Positions 39,744 to 49,500 of a stretch of DNA of 64,000 nucleotides are shown one piece after another. Position numbers and translations under genes: made by a program. The notes beneath the pieces are model-generated. The model ran no database searches and was not told the origin of the DNA. It was given only the letters and a program-made list of their open reading frames with translations. The stretch spans positions 128,001 through 192,000 of the forward strand of contig JBBIRK010000006.1 of assembly GCA_037441845.1 (NCBI GenBank), given 5' to 3'. The first letter of the stretch is position 1. Every line of letters begins with the position of its first letter. The stretch comes from Candidatus Zixiibacteriota bacterium. GTDB taxonomy: Bacteria > Zixibacteria > MSB-5A5 > UBA10806 > 4484-95.

Positions 39744-41354
39744 TTACCGTTCCTCCCCCGGTGAAAACGGAGTTCCCCGCAGATCGACCTCCCGCTTTTT
39801 TTCGCCTTTCATTACCAACGCATTGCCGACCAGCTCATGCACGCCGGCAACCTCGACACCCGGCACCCAATATTCGAGCAGCGGCGGTAGCGTTGCTTTA
39901 TCGATAGCGCAAATACAAGCCAGCAGATTGACGCCGTGCTTTTCACTGACGAACTTCACAGCGTTGGCTCGCGGCAAGCCTCCCCGAAGCCGCATTTCGA
40001 GATTTTCGTCGGTGCCCAATCCCGATCCGGAACCGCAGCAGAAAGTTTGCTCTCTGATAGTGTTTTCCGGCATCTCGTGGAAACGATTGCAGACGTTTTT
40101 CAATATATACCGCGGTTCCTCGAGCAACCCCATCGCCCTTGAGGGATTGCACGAATCGTGAAATGTCACGTTCCAATGGTCGTTGCGGCTCGGATCAAGT
40201 TTCAACTTTCCGTGCTTAATCAGGTCGGCGGTGAATTCGCAAATATGCACCATCTTGGTCGATTTGGCGTTTTCGAATCTGGTTCCCGTAATCGGCGAAA
40301 CCGGCGGCTCGAGAAAATCGGCCGGACCGTTTATGGTGTCCATATATTGGTGAAGCACCCGCCACATATGCCCGCATTCGCCTCCGATTATCCATTTCAC
40401 TTTCAGGCGGCGCGCTTCGGCGTAGATTTTGTTGTTCAGCCTTTTCATCATCTCGGCTGAATGGAACAGGCCGAAATTGCCCCCTTCGGAGGCATAAGCG
40501 CTGAAAGTATAGCTCAATCCGATTTCGTGGAACAGCGCCAGATAACCCAAGAGCGTGTAATAATGAGGCGTGCCGAAATAATCCGCCGACGGCACCACGA
40601 ATAAGATGTCTTTACCTTTCTCGTTGATCGGAGCGTTCACTCGTATTCCGGTCAATTCCTCAAGTTCGTCGACCGCGAATTCGATACTGTCTTTGAATCC
40701 GTGGGGTTGAATTCCGAGATGATTGCCGGTGCGGAAACAATTGGCCGCCGGAGTGGTAATCCAGTCGATCCCGCAGCCGATCAGATTCAACAGCTCGCGC
40801 ACCATCATCGTAATTTCCGCCGTGTCTATTCCATAAGGGCAAAAAACCGAGCAGCGGCGGCACTCGGTGCATTGATAGAAATAATAGAACCACTCCTTCA
40901 CGACTTGCTCGGTCAATTCTCTGGCGCCGGCCATCCTGCCCATTATCTTGCCCGCCAAAGTGAAATCGTTGCGATAAACCGAACGGAGCAGCTCGGCGCG
41001 CAAGACCGGCATGTTTTTGGGATCGCCCGAACCGATGAAAAAATGACACTTGTCGGCGCAAGCTCCGCAGCGCACGCATATATCCATAAAAATTTTCAAC
41101 GAACGGTATCGGTTCAGACGTTCTCGCAGCCCGTTCAAAATGATTTCTTTCCAATTTTCCGGCAACTTCCAGTCGGCGTCGGTCGGTTGCCATTTGCGGA
41201 CATGGGGCAAGCCGAGATATTCAGCGCGCTCGGGAACCGCCGCATAATTGTATGTTCCGTGGCGGAATTCGACCGCCGGATCCATCCAGCTTTTTTTCGG
41301 AGGATTATAATCTATGCGCCCGAGCTCTTCGGGTTTAGGTGTCTTTTCAGCCAT
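39744..41354 (-). CDS. dsrK: DsrK (HdrD-like Fe-S/CCG subunit)
   Basis: CVRCGACADKC, CTECRRCSVFC, GECGHMWR, HDSCN, CCGSGSG; ATG 41354 overlaps the dsrM stop. Confidence 0.96.
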   Translation of the reverse strand: MAEKTPKPEELGRIDYNPPKKSWMDPAVEFRHGTYNYAAVPERAEYLGLPHVRKWQPTDADWKLPENWKEIILNGLRERLNRYRSLKIFMDICVRCGACADKCHFFIGSGDPKNMPVLRAELLRSVYRNDFTLAGKIMGRMAGARELTEQVVKEWFYYFYQCTECRRCSVFCPYGIDTAEITMMVRELLNLIGCGIDWITTPAANCFRTGNHLGIQPHGFKDSIEFAVDELEELTGIRVNAPINEKGKDILFVVPSADYFGTPHYYTLLGYLALFHEIGLSYTFSAYASEGGNFGLFHSAEMMKRLNNKIYAEARRLKVKWIIGGECGHMWRVLHQYMDTINGPADFLEPPVSPITGTRFENAKSTKMVHICEFTADLIKHGKLKLDPSRNDHWNVTFHDSCNPSRAMGLLEEPRYILKNVCNRFHEMPENTIREQTFCCGSGSGLGTDENLEMRLRGGLPRANAVKFVSEKHGVNLLACICAIDKATLPPLLEYWVPGVEVAGVHELVGNALVMKGEKKREVDLRGTPFSPGEER

Positions 41355-42349
41355 CACTTGTCCTTTTCCATAGGCAATCCAGAGGCCTTGATCTTGTCGG
41401 CGAATTCTTCTTCCCACTCCTCGTAAGTGTGCACTTTAACCGGATAATCCCACGGATTGATATGCCGCCGGCTTCGGCTGTCATTGGGCATATTGCGCGT
41501 AGGGGATAAGAATACTCCGCCCATATGCATCAGTTTGCCATAAGGGAAATACGCCACCAATACACAAACCAAAAACAGGTGCAAGTAAAATAAAACTCCC
41601 AACCCGTCCGGCACGACCGGATTGAAACTGACAAGCCCCATCGCCAACTCTTTGACCGCCACGATATCGGTCTTGAAAAAATACCTCATCAACACTCCGG
41701 TCACCGCGATCGATCCGATCAGAAGCAAGGGAAAATAATCCGCGAAAAGGGAAAAATACCGCAGTTGAGCCGAAAACAACCGCCGCAAAAACAAAAAAGT
41801 CAATGCCGCCAGCAGCGTGATATTAGTGATATATATAATCGGCACCCCGATCTGGAAAAAGCCGTCGATACTTTGCAACAGTTTGACGAATCCCGGCACG
41901 GGCTCGGCGAAATAACGGTAATGACGCAGAAAGACGATTAAAAACGACCAATGAAAAACGAGTCCGCCCAACCATAACCACTTGTTGGCGCTGTAGGTCA
42001 ATTTCGGTCCCGTCCTCAATTCGGCTTTGGTGTTCCGAAACAGCGAACGGAACAGCAGCACTTCGAGCGCCATGCGGACTATTACTCCCAACTTGGAACT
42101 CGGGTTGTCGATTTTATTCGATTTTATCCAGGGAAGGGAGGTCTGCTGGCCGCAAGTGGTTGTGATTTTGAACGGCACCGGCGATTTAGACCAGCCGATC
42201 ACCCGATAGACCACACCGGCAAAAAACGCCGCAATCGCCGCATAAGGGATTACCACCCCGAACAGTGATTGCAATCGCAGCATTCCCGACCCGATCAAAG
42301 CAATCGCTATCAAACCACCGGCCGCCAGAAAAGATACGAAGGCATTCAT
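41354..42349 (-). CDS. dsrM: DsrM cytochrome b subunit
   Basis: SPVPFKITTTCGQQ, FRSLFRNT, FHWSF..RHYR, HLFLV, KLMHMGGVFLSPTRN. Confidence 0.96.
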   Translation of the reverse strand: MNAFVSFLAAGGLIAIALIGSGMLRLQSLFGVVIPYAAIAAFFAGVVYRVIGWSKSPVPFKITTTCGQQTSLPWIKSNKIDNPSSKLGVIVRMALEVLLFRSLFRNTKAELRTGPKLTYSANKWLWLGGLVFHWSFLIVFLRHYRYFAEPVPGFVKLLQSIDGFFQIGVPIIYITNITLLAALTFLFLRRLFSAQLRYFSLFADYFPLLLIGSIAVTGVLMRYFFKTDIVAVKELAMGLVSFNPVVPDGLGVLFYLHLFLVCVLVAYFPYGKLMHMGGVFLSPTRNMPNDSRSRRHINPWDYPVKVHTYEEWEEEFADKIKASGLPMEKDK

Positions 42350-42397
42350 GGTCCGACGACCTTTCTTCTGGGGCGATTTGGAATTTCAGCCATACGC

Positions 42398-42916
42398 TTA
42401 TACCTCGTCTTGAATATCGTTGCTTTCGAGAAGACACGCTCTATCGAGCAGTTTCTGATATCTGCGCTTGAATTCGTTTATTTTAATCCGACCCAGCTGT
42501 TCCCGGCATTCCATGTAAATATCGAAACAATTCAGCGCGATTTCGTCGATCTTTTCGGATATGCGGGCATATTCCTTCCGGGTTTCGTGATCCTCCAGAT
42601 CGACCGCAAGTTCCTCGCTTATTATTTTTTTCAATTGAAATATGAAACCGAGCGCCCGCGATGGATCGAAATCCTGCACCGCCCTGATCTTGATCAGCTC
42701 GATCGGCAATTTCCCGTCGTGATCGCCGCTGTCCAACAACCGGTCGTAAATGCAGGCCAAGTTTTCTTTCATGGTGTGACCGACCGGATTCAGAAATCGA
42801 TCGCGTTGATTTTTAAGGTGCGCCCTGGCGCGCGGCTCATAAGTGGCCACGACACTGTCGGTCCATTTGTCGAGAATCCCTTCTCGGCGTTGCCGCAGCA
42901 GATTCAAAAGCGACAT
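42398..42916 (-). CDS. dsrT: DsrT (RsbRD N-terminal-like)
   Basis: DRFLNPVG, IKIRAVQDF, FDIYMECRE; directly upstream of dsrM. Confidence 0.92.
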   Translation of the reverse strand: MSLLNLLRQRREGILDKWTDSVVATYEPRARAHLKNQRDRFLNPVGHTMKENLACIYDRLLDSGDHDGKLPIELIKIRAVQDFDPSRALGFIFQLKKIISEELAVDLEDHETRKEYARISEKIDEIALNCFDIYMECREQLGRIKINEFKRRYQKLLDRACLLESNDIQDEV

Positions 42917-42952
42917 CGCTCAAACACCGCCCTTTCGGCCCGATATCGACCT

Positions 42953-42987
42953 GTTAAAATGGGGTTTCCGGGAAACTCCATTTTAAC
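42953..42987. other. Long stem-loop between dsrC and dsrT
   Basis: GTTAAAATGGGGTTTCC-G-GGAAACTCCATTTTAAC, 17-nt arms with one non-Watson-Crick position. Confidence 0.75.
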
Positions 42988-43017
42988 CCGAAAACCCCGC
43001 GAAATTACAAGCAGCGA

Positions 43018-43335
43018 TTAAACGCAGCCGGTCGGTTTCGCCAATCCGGCGACCTTGCAGGCTCCCTTGGCCGGTCCCGAGGGAAACAGCTCGTAGATCT
43101 CTTTCAGCGAAAATCCGGTTTCCTTGCAGAGCTTGCGGATCATCGGCGCGATACCGAATTTCTGATAATAATCGCGCAGATAGTTGACTACCTTCCAGTG
43201 CTTTTCCGTCATTTCGGTTACGCCCTCGGCACCGGCGAGCGCTCTGGCTACATCCTCATTCCATTTATCCATTTCCTGGATAAACCCGTCCTCATCAACC
43301 TCGATTCTCACGTTTCCTGCTTCGAAAATCGGCAT
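43018..43335 (-). CDS. dsrC: DsrC sulfur-carrier protein (both C-terminal Cys present)
   Basis: VDEDGFI, HWKVVNYLR, FPSGPAKGACKVAGLAKPTGCV. Confidence 0.97.
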   Translation of the reverse strand: MPIFEAGNVRIEVDEDGFIQEMDKWNEDVARALAGAEGVTEMTEKHWKVVNYLRDYYQKFGIAPMIRKLCKETGFSLKEIYELFPSGPAKGACKVAGLAKPTGCV

Positions 43336-43376
43336 TTCATTCCTCCATTCTTTTTATTTTTTATCTTGATTGTTGG

Positions 43377-45059
43377 CTAATGCATCTCGATATATCCACA
43401 GGGACAATTCTCCGCGCATTTCTTGCAGCCGTTGCAAAACTCGAGTTTGAATTTATACTCCTGCCCCCGCACTAAAGGCTTAACGATCGCGTTGTCCTGG
43501 CATAGACTCCAGCAGGTTCCGCAATCGAAACAAAGGCCGCAGCTCATGCAACGCTTCGATTCTGCCACCGCCTCCTCGAACGTCAACGTGCTGGTGATCT
43601 CGGCGTCGAGGCTTTTCAGCCTTTCTTCAACCGGAAGCTGTTTCGCTTTGACCGGGTGCGCCTCGGGGAAATAAGTATGAGCCATCTTGTCCAACGTTAT
43701 CAAATCCAGCTTTTCCGGCACGCGGATCGGGTTATTCGAAATCAATTCGTCGATCGCCAGCGCCGCCATCCGCCCGTGATAAATCGCGGTGATCACCAAC
43801 CCCAGTTCGATATCGTCTCCGCCGGAATAAGTCCCAGCGTCCCTGGTCTGACCCTTTTCGTCAACCTTGATCCAATCTTTTCCATCTATCAATTTGTCCA
43901 ACCCGGTGAAATCCGGCTCCTGGCTTATCGCCGCTATAAGAGTGGAAAATTTCAAGTCGAACGTGTCACCTTCGATTGGAACCGGCCGCCTTCTTCCCGA
44001 TGAGTCAGGTTCACCCAATTGCATCCTCTGACATTTGGCGCCGACCGCTTTGCCGTTTTCCTGATAAATTTCTATCGGAGCCGCAAGATATTCGATAGCC
44101 ACGCCCTCTTCCTCGGCGCCATCGATTTCCTCGCAGATCGCCGGCATCTCCGCTCTGGTGCGGCGGTATAAAATCGTGGCTTTGGCGCCCAATCTGCGGG
44201 CTACACGAGCGGCATCTATAGCGGTGTCACCGCCGCCGATCACCACCACATGATCTCCGACATCGAGCTTTTCGCCGGTGTTTATCCGGTGAAGAAACGC
44301 CGTTCCCGTAAAAACGTTGGGGGCATCTTCACCCTTAATCCGAAGTTTAATCCCTTGATGCGCTCCGATCCCCACGAAAATCGCCTTGTAATCTTGTTTC
44401 AGCTTATCGTAGGCGATATCTTTGCCGACGATGGTGTTCGTTTTGAGTTCCACTCCCAGGTCGACTATCCGCTGTATTTCGGCGTCGAGAACATGCTGCG
44501 GCAGGCGATAGTCCGGTATCCCGTAGCGAAGCATACCGCCCGTCTTCGGAAACGCCTCGAATACCGTAACCGGATAACCGCGGCGGGCAAGCTGGTAAGC
44601 GCAAGACATACCGGCGGGGCCGGAACCGATTACCGCTATTTTCTCGGCCTTTTTCGTTTCGCTGATCAGTCTGGGCTTGAGGTTTTTGGATAATCCATAG
44701 TCGCCTATAAATCTCTCGATATTATTGATCCCGACCGCGCCTTCTTTATCCTTGCGATTACACTGGCTTTCGCATGGGTGTGGGCAAACCCGGCCGCATA
44801 CCGAAGGGAACGGGGTCGTTTCGAGAAATATGTAGAACGCTTTCGCCAGGGTTTCATCGTAACTCTGACCGAAATCCTCGGTTCTCGAAATCGCCGTGAT
44901 CATCTCCCGAATTCTGTTGTGATTCGGACAGGTATTTATGCATGGCGGCATCTTTTCCACCAGCTTGGGGCGCAATGGGGAGGTCTCTACGCTCGAGCCC
45001 CCCGACGATCGCGAAAGACTTCGCAAACCGGTTTTGGTTTTTTTGACTATTTTAGCCAT
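43377..45059 (-). CDS. dsrL: DsrL NAD(P)H:acceptor iron-sulfur flavoprotein (DsrL-2-like)
   Basis: PPCINTCP, CGRVCPHPCESQC, GSGPAG, GGGDTAID, YRRT, CMSCGLCFDCGTC, CNGCKKCAENCPCG; inside the dsr operon. Confidence 0.9.
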   Translation of the reverse strand: MAKIVKKTKTGLRSLSRSSGGSSVETSPLRPKLVEKMPPCINTCPNHNRIREMITAISRTEDFGQSYDETLAKAFYIFLETTPFPSVCGRVCPHPCESQCNRKDKEGAVGINNIERFIGDYGLSKNLKPRLISETKKAEKIAVIGSGPAGMSCAYQLARRGYPVTVFEAFPKTGGMLRYGIPDYRLPQHVLDAEIQRIVDLGVELKTNTIVGKDIAYDKLKQDYKAIFVGIGAHQGIKLRIKGEDAPNVFTGTAFLHRINTGEKLDVGDHVVVIGGGDTAIDAARVARRLGAKATILYRRTRAEMPAICEEIDGAEEEGVAIEYLAAPIEIYQENGKAVGAKCQRMQLGEPDSSGRRRPVPIEGDTFDLKFSTLIAAISQEPDFTGLDKLIDGKDWIKVDEKGQTRDAGTYSGGDDIELGLVITAIYHGRMAALAIDELISNNPIRVPEKLDLITLDKMAHTYFPEAHPVKAKQLPVEERLKSLDAEITSTLTFEEAVAESKRCMSCGLCFDCGTCWSLCQDNAIVKPLVRGQEYKFKLEFCNGCKKCAENCPCGYIEMH

Positions 45060-45074
45060 GATCGACTCTCTTTA

Positions 45075-46526
45075 TTATAATGCTTTTTTTAACGCAGGTT
45101 TATTTTCACTGTTCAGGCGGTTCGCAGCAGCTGCCTTCTGCTTATATTCAATCGCCTTTTGCACGAATGCGGGCGCCCACGATTTGACACCTTCGGCATG
45201 GATATGCAGATAACTTGCCATCGAGTTTTTGAAGACGATGCCGTCGCGTTTTCCCCCCAAGCCGGTTCCGATCTTCAGCCCCAGGCAGGTTGTATACTCA
45301 TTATTCGAAAAATCCAGCGGATATGTATAATGAAATTCATGTCCCTTGATTATAGTGCCCCGCTCGTAATAAGGATTATCTTTATCTACGACAGCCACCT
45401 CATAGCCGTGGCCGGCCGGTTTATCGCCGATACCGAGTCTTAAATTCAAAATCGAGGCCATCGGGTAACTCGCATGGTCCAATTCCAAGCTTTTTGATAG
45501 ATAAATAAGGCCGCCGCATTCGGCGTAGATCGGCATGCCGCTTTCCGCCGCCTGTCGCACCGATTCCATCATGCTTTTATTCGAGGCCAACCGCGCGGCG
45601 TGCGTTTCGGGGAATCCTCCCCCGATATAGAGGCCGTCCAGCTCCGGCAGACGGGGCTCGTCCAAAGGCGAAACCGCAATGAGTTCGGCTCCAAAACGCC
45701 TTAAAGCCTCCAGATTTTCAGGATAATAAAAGGTGAAAGAAGAATCCGCGAAATAACCGATTCTTGCTTTTTTCGGAATATCTTCCGGAATTTCCGCGAA
45801 AACGTTGTGTTTGATCTCCATCGCCGGCGCCTGCGCAGCCACCTTGATCAATTCATCGATCTCTATGAATTCGCCGCCGATTTGCATTGTTTTTTCTTCC
45901 AGTTTTTCCATCTTCCCGAATTCGTCCGGAGGTATCAGCCCGAGGTGCCGCTGAGGAATCAAATGATCGTGTTCGGTAAATGACGGGATCGCTCCCAGAA
46001 CGGGGATTCCGCAATACTTGGCTATCGATTCCTGGATTACCTTACGGTGTCTGGCGCCGGCCACTTTATTGAGGATAACCCCTTTAATCTGCAGTTTTTT
46101 GTCGAAATCGAGACACCCTTTCAGCAGTGCGGCGATGGTTCTCGTGGTTTTGGCGGCATTGATCACCAGAACCACCGGCGACTGAATCAGTTTGGCCAGC
46201 TCGGCCGTGCTGTTTACCCCCGATTCATCTCTGCCGTCGAAAATTCCCCGGTTGCCCTCGACAACCGCGATATCGCAATCGCTTGATCTCGAAACGAACG
46301 ATCTCCATACCAATTCGGGTTCTGCCATGAAGGTGTCGAGGTTGTAGCAGCTTCGCCCGGCGATTTTACCCAGCCAGGCTGAATCGATATAATCCGGCCC
46401 CTTTTTGAATACCGCCGTCCTCAGGCCGCGGCGACGCAGAGCCGCCACGGCGCTGAGACAAACTATCGTCTTGCCGGAATCGCCGGACAAACCGGCGATC
46501 ACCAGCCGGGGCAATTCAAACCGCAT
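45075..46526 (-). CDS. dsrN: Siroheme amidase DsrN (CbiA-like)
   Basis: GDSGKT, FKKGPDYID, RHLGL, FYYPEN, YAECGG, GHEFHY; follows dsrD. Confidence 0.9.
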   Translation of the reverse strand: MRFELPRLVIAGLSGDSGKTIVCLSAVAALRRRGLRTAVFKKGPDYIDSAWLGKIAGRSCYNLDTFMAEPELVWRSFVSRSSDCDIAVVEGNRGIFDGRDESGVNSTAELAKLIQSPVVLVINAAKTTRTIAALLKGCLDFDKKLQIKGVILNKVAGARHRKVIQESIAKYCGIPVLGAIPSFTEHDHLIPQRHLGLIPPDEFGKMEKLEEKTMQIGGEFIEIDELIKVAAQAPAMEIKHNVFAEIPEDIPKKARIGYFADSSFTFYYPENLEALRRFGAELIAVSPLDEPRLPELDGLYIGGGFPETHAARLASNKSMMESVRQAAESGMPIYAECGGLIYLSKSLELDHASYPMASILNLRLGIGDKPAGHGYEVAVVDKDNPYYERGTIIKGHEFHYTYPLDFSNNEYTTCLGLKIGTGLGGKRDGIVFKNSMASYLHIHAEGVKSWAPAFVQKAIEYKQKAAAANRLNSENKPALKKAL

Positions 46527-46554
46527 CGAGGAAATCCTCCGGAACGATCCGGAT

Positions 46555-46800
46555 TTAATCGTTGGCCGCGCCTTCTTTATGCGGCAATTCGATAAAACTG
46601 CCGCCGAAATAAGTGTAAACGCAGCGGCCGGAATTCATCAGCTCTTTAATGGCTTCTTTGCAGAGCTGTTTGTCGACCTCGTCGCCGTAGAGCTCGATCA
46701 TGGCCTTGGTCAGATCGGTCGCTTTCAGCTTCTTTTGACCGGTCGATTCCTTGACCAATTTGTACATCGCATCGGCGATTTCACTTACGGTTTTAGCCAC
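46555..46800 (-). CDS. dsrD: DsrD
   Basis: 81-aa basic protein directly after dsrB, K.AIKELMNSGRCVYTYFGGS winged-helix-like end. Confidence 0.82.
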   Translation of the reverse strand: MAKTVSEIADAMYKLVKESTGQKKLKATDLTKAMIELYGDEVDKQLCKEAIKELMNSGRCVYTYFGGSFIELPHKEGAAND

Positions 46801-46812
46801 TTAAATTACTCC

Positions 46813-47895
46813 TCAAAAGGTTAAATGCGTCGAACGCTTAAAGGTCAGGCCGGCATGCTTGAAATCATCGATATGCTCTTTGCGGAATTCTATTCCGGCC
46901 ATCCTGAAAAAGCGCGGCCAGCCGATACGCTCGATCCATTCGCCCATGCGTTCGTATTTCTTGGCATTCTTGGCCCAGAGCTCGACGATGTTCTTGACTG
47001 CGCTGGTAACCTCGGGCCAACGCGGCGGATTGTTGGGCAAGAACGGTATCGCCAGCTTCGAAAACATCGGCTCATGTCTGGCATTGGACACTTTGCCGCC
47101 TACCCAGATAGATACGCCGTCGTTGAGCGGATCGTTCAATTTCATGGCCGGGCAGACGGTATAGCAGTTGGCGCAGAACATGCAGCGCTCTTCGATAACC
47201 TCAACCGATGGCTTGCCGTTCACCGTCGCCGGTCTGATCGCCGCCGTCGGGCAGGAGGCGCTGACATTGGGAATTTCGCAGATGTTTTTCAAATTGTCAT
47301 GGTCTATTTTCGGCGGCCTGCGATGTATCCCGAGAATCGCGATATCCGAACAATGCACCGCGCCGCACATATTGAGGCAGCAGGCGAGCGCGATCCGTAG
47401 TTTGCCGGGCAGCTTCATGTTCTCGAAATAGTCGATCAATTCGTCCATCACCGATTTGACGATGCCCGAAGCGTCGGTGGCGGCCGAGTGGCAATGGATC
47501 CACCCCTGGGTGTGCACGATACTCGAAATCGAGTTCTGAATTCCGCCGACCGGATGGCCGAGCGCTTTTACTTCTTTGATCAATGGCTCGATATTTTCCG
47601 GCTTGGTGAGCAGAAATTCCACGTTATGCCGGCTGGTGAAACGCAGATAGCCGTCGCAGTATTTATCCGCCAGATCGGCATACATCCTGATTTTCTGAAT
47701 GCTCAGCAACCGCGGCGACCCCACCCGAACTGAGTAAAGTTTATCGCCGCTTTCGGCCACATGGACCATCACCCCGGGTTTTATGACCTCATGATATCTC
47801 CATTTGCCGTAATTCTTCTTGATAATGGGCGGCAAAAATTTCTCGTAATGCGGCGGACCAATATCGGTTTTTCTTGCCTGTGCTGTTTCTGCCAT
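46813..47895 (-). CDS. dsrB: Dissimilatory sulfite reductase beta subunit
   Basis: [52 protein letters not shown]. Confidence 0.98.
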   Translation of the reverse strand: MAETAQARKTDIGPPHYEKFLPPIIKKNYGKWRYHEVIKPGVMVHVAESGDKLYSVRVGSPRLLSIQKIRMYADLADKYCDGYLRFTSRHNVEFLLTKPENIEPLIKEVKALGHPVGGIQNSISSIVHTQGWIHCHSAATDASGIVKSVMDELIDYFENMKLPGKLRIALACCLNMCGAVHCSDIAILGIHRRPPKIDHDNLKNICEIPNVSASCPTAAIRPATVNGKPSVEVIEERCMFCANCYTVCPAMKLNDPLNDGVSIWVGGKVSNARHEPMFSKLAIPFLPNNPPRWPEVTSAVKNIVELWAKNAKKYERMGEWIERIGWPRFFRMAGIEFRKEHIDDFKHAGLTFKRSTHLTF

Positions 47896-47932
47896 GGTTT
47901 ACCTCTATTTTTATCGCTTTCCTTCCTGTTTA

Positions 47933-49138
47933 TTACTTCTCTTCTTCGCTCTCGTCCTCTTCGAAATACTCCTCATAGAACACATAGGGGTTTTCGCGTG
48001 GATGAGCGACCATTTCGGGGATCGGTTCCACCCCTATGGCCTCGAGGAAATTCCCCATACCGACGCGTTGGATGAATTCCCCGACACGCTCCCGGTTTTT
48101 CCCTTCCTCACTCCAGATCTCCCAGATTTTGGCCAGAAGTTCCTTGATCTCGGTGTAGGGCGGCTCGATCTTTATAAAGGGGACTATCACCGATGACAAC
48201 AGCGCGCCTTCGATAATGGGTGCCTTGGAACCGAGCAACAGCGCCGCGCCTCTGTCTTTTCCCGGCCGAAGCGCTTTGGGCATGACATTTATGCAGTGCA
48301 TGCAGCGGCGGCAGTAGCTGTTATCGATATGGAGCTCCTTGCCGTCCCAATCCATGCACTTGGCGGGGCAATTATCGACCACTTCCGAGCGGATATCCAT
48401 TCCTTTGGCGGCATATTCTTTAACCGCTTCCTTATCGACCTGAATGCTGTCGCGCCAAATCCCGATCACCGACAAATCGGCTCGGGCGATCGATGCCACG
48501 CAATCGTTCGGACAACCCGACATTTTAAGTTTGAACTTATAGGGAAACGCCGGCCGGTGAAGCTCATCCTGAAAAGCCATCGTTAGGTCGTAAGTCAACG
48601 CCAGCGTGTCGTAACAAGCCCATTCGCAGCGGGCGGGACCGACACAGCAACTCGGCGTCCTTACATCTGACCCGGAGCCGCCCAAATCGAATCCGGCCTG
48701 AGTCAATTCGGAAAATATCGGTTCCAACTCGGCCGTCTGGGTGCCCAGGAAAATAATATCGCCGGTGGAGCCGTGCATGTTGGTCAATCCCGAGCCGTGT
48801 TTTTCCCATATATTGCAAAGCGTGCGCAGCGCCTCGGAGGTGTAAAACCAACCCGACGGCTGATTTATACGGATCGTATGGAAATGTGAGATGTGGGGGA
48901 ACTTATCCGGCAGATCGGAATAGCGGCCTATGACTCCGCCGCCGTATCCCATCACGCCCACGATCCCTCCGTGTTTCCAGTGCCCGATTCGCTCGTTGTA
49001 TGATTGCTCGAGCTGGCCGAGAAGATCGGTCGCCATCGGGCTTTTCTGGGAGGCAAGCTTGATTTCCTTGACGAAACTCGGCCATCGGCCTTTCTCGAGT
49101 TCGTCAAGCTTGGGTGTCTTGTAATGATTATCGGCCAT
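47933..49138 (-). CDS. dsrA: Dissimilatory sulfite reductase alpha subunit
   Basis: [37 protein letters not shown], siroheme motif CVGPARC...GCPNDC, CRRCMHC. Confidence 0.98.
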   Translation of the reverse strand: MADNHYKTPKLDELEKGRWPSFVKEIKLASQKSPMATDLLGQLEQSYNERIGHWKHGGIVGVMGYGGGVIGRYSDLPDKFPHISHFHTIRINQPSGWFYTSEALRTLCNIWEKHGSGLTNMHGSTGDIIFLGTQTAELEPIFSELTQAGFDLGGSGSDVRTPSCCVGPARCEWACYDTLALTYDLTMAFQDELHRPAFPYKFKLKMSGCPNDCVASIARADLSVIGIWRDSIQVDKEAVKEYAAKGMDIRSEVVDNCPAKCMDWDGKELHIDNSYCRRCMHCINVMPKALRPGKDRGAALLLGSKAPIIEGALLSSVIVPFIKIEPPYTEIKELLAKIWEIWSEEGKNRERVGEFIQRVGMGNFLEAIGVEPIPEMVAHPRENPYVFYEEYFEEDESEEEK

Positions 49139-49326
49139 CGTTTCTCCTTACACCATTATGGTTGATTCTTTATTATCTTCCGATTTCTTCGAACAGCGCC
49201 CGGCAGCGGCCATGTTCGCCTCCTCGGGCATAAATTGCAGATTTCATCCTGTCCGCTCCGCTCTCCGACCGGCCAACCGCCTTCCAATCATAGATAGTTA
49301 ACCCGACGCCGCCAGTCAAGAACTAT

Positions 49327-49344
49327 TTGTGAAATTTTTCATTA
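49327..49344. promoter_or_regulatory. Rex/CRP-like box upstream of dsrA
   Basis: TTGTGAAATTTTTCATTA (12/14 to TTGTGAA-N4-TTCACAA), 7 nt from a minus-strand TTGACT at 49319-49314. Confidence 0.6.
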
Positions 49345-49500
49345 TCTTATTTCGGCTGCGACCCCTTTTCTCATTCATAAGATTCGCTATTTTTGGCTTC
49401 AACGTTTCAGCCAGATTATAGCATCTAAACATGGACAATCAAACTTATTTTTATCCCGATACGACCGCCGATCACCATTTGCGTTGACTTTCCATCGTAA

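Noticed and set aside
41355..41417. Longer ORF-track starts (dsrK 41417, K2 61554, ferritin-like 59941, AhpD-like 15811, HTH 26290, Npsr-like 37327)
   Set aside because: The extensions overlap upstream genes, promoters or terminators; downstream ATGs have an SD or translational coupling.
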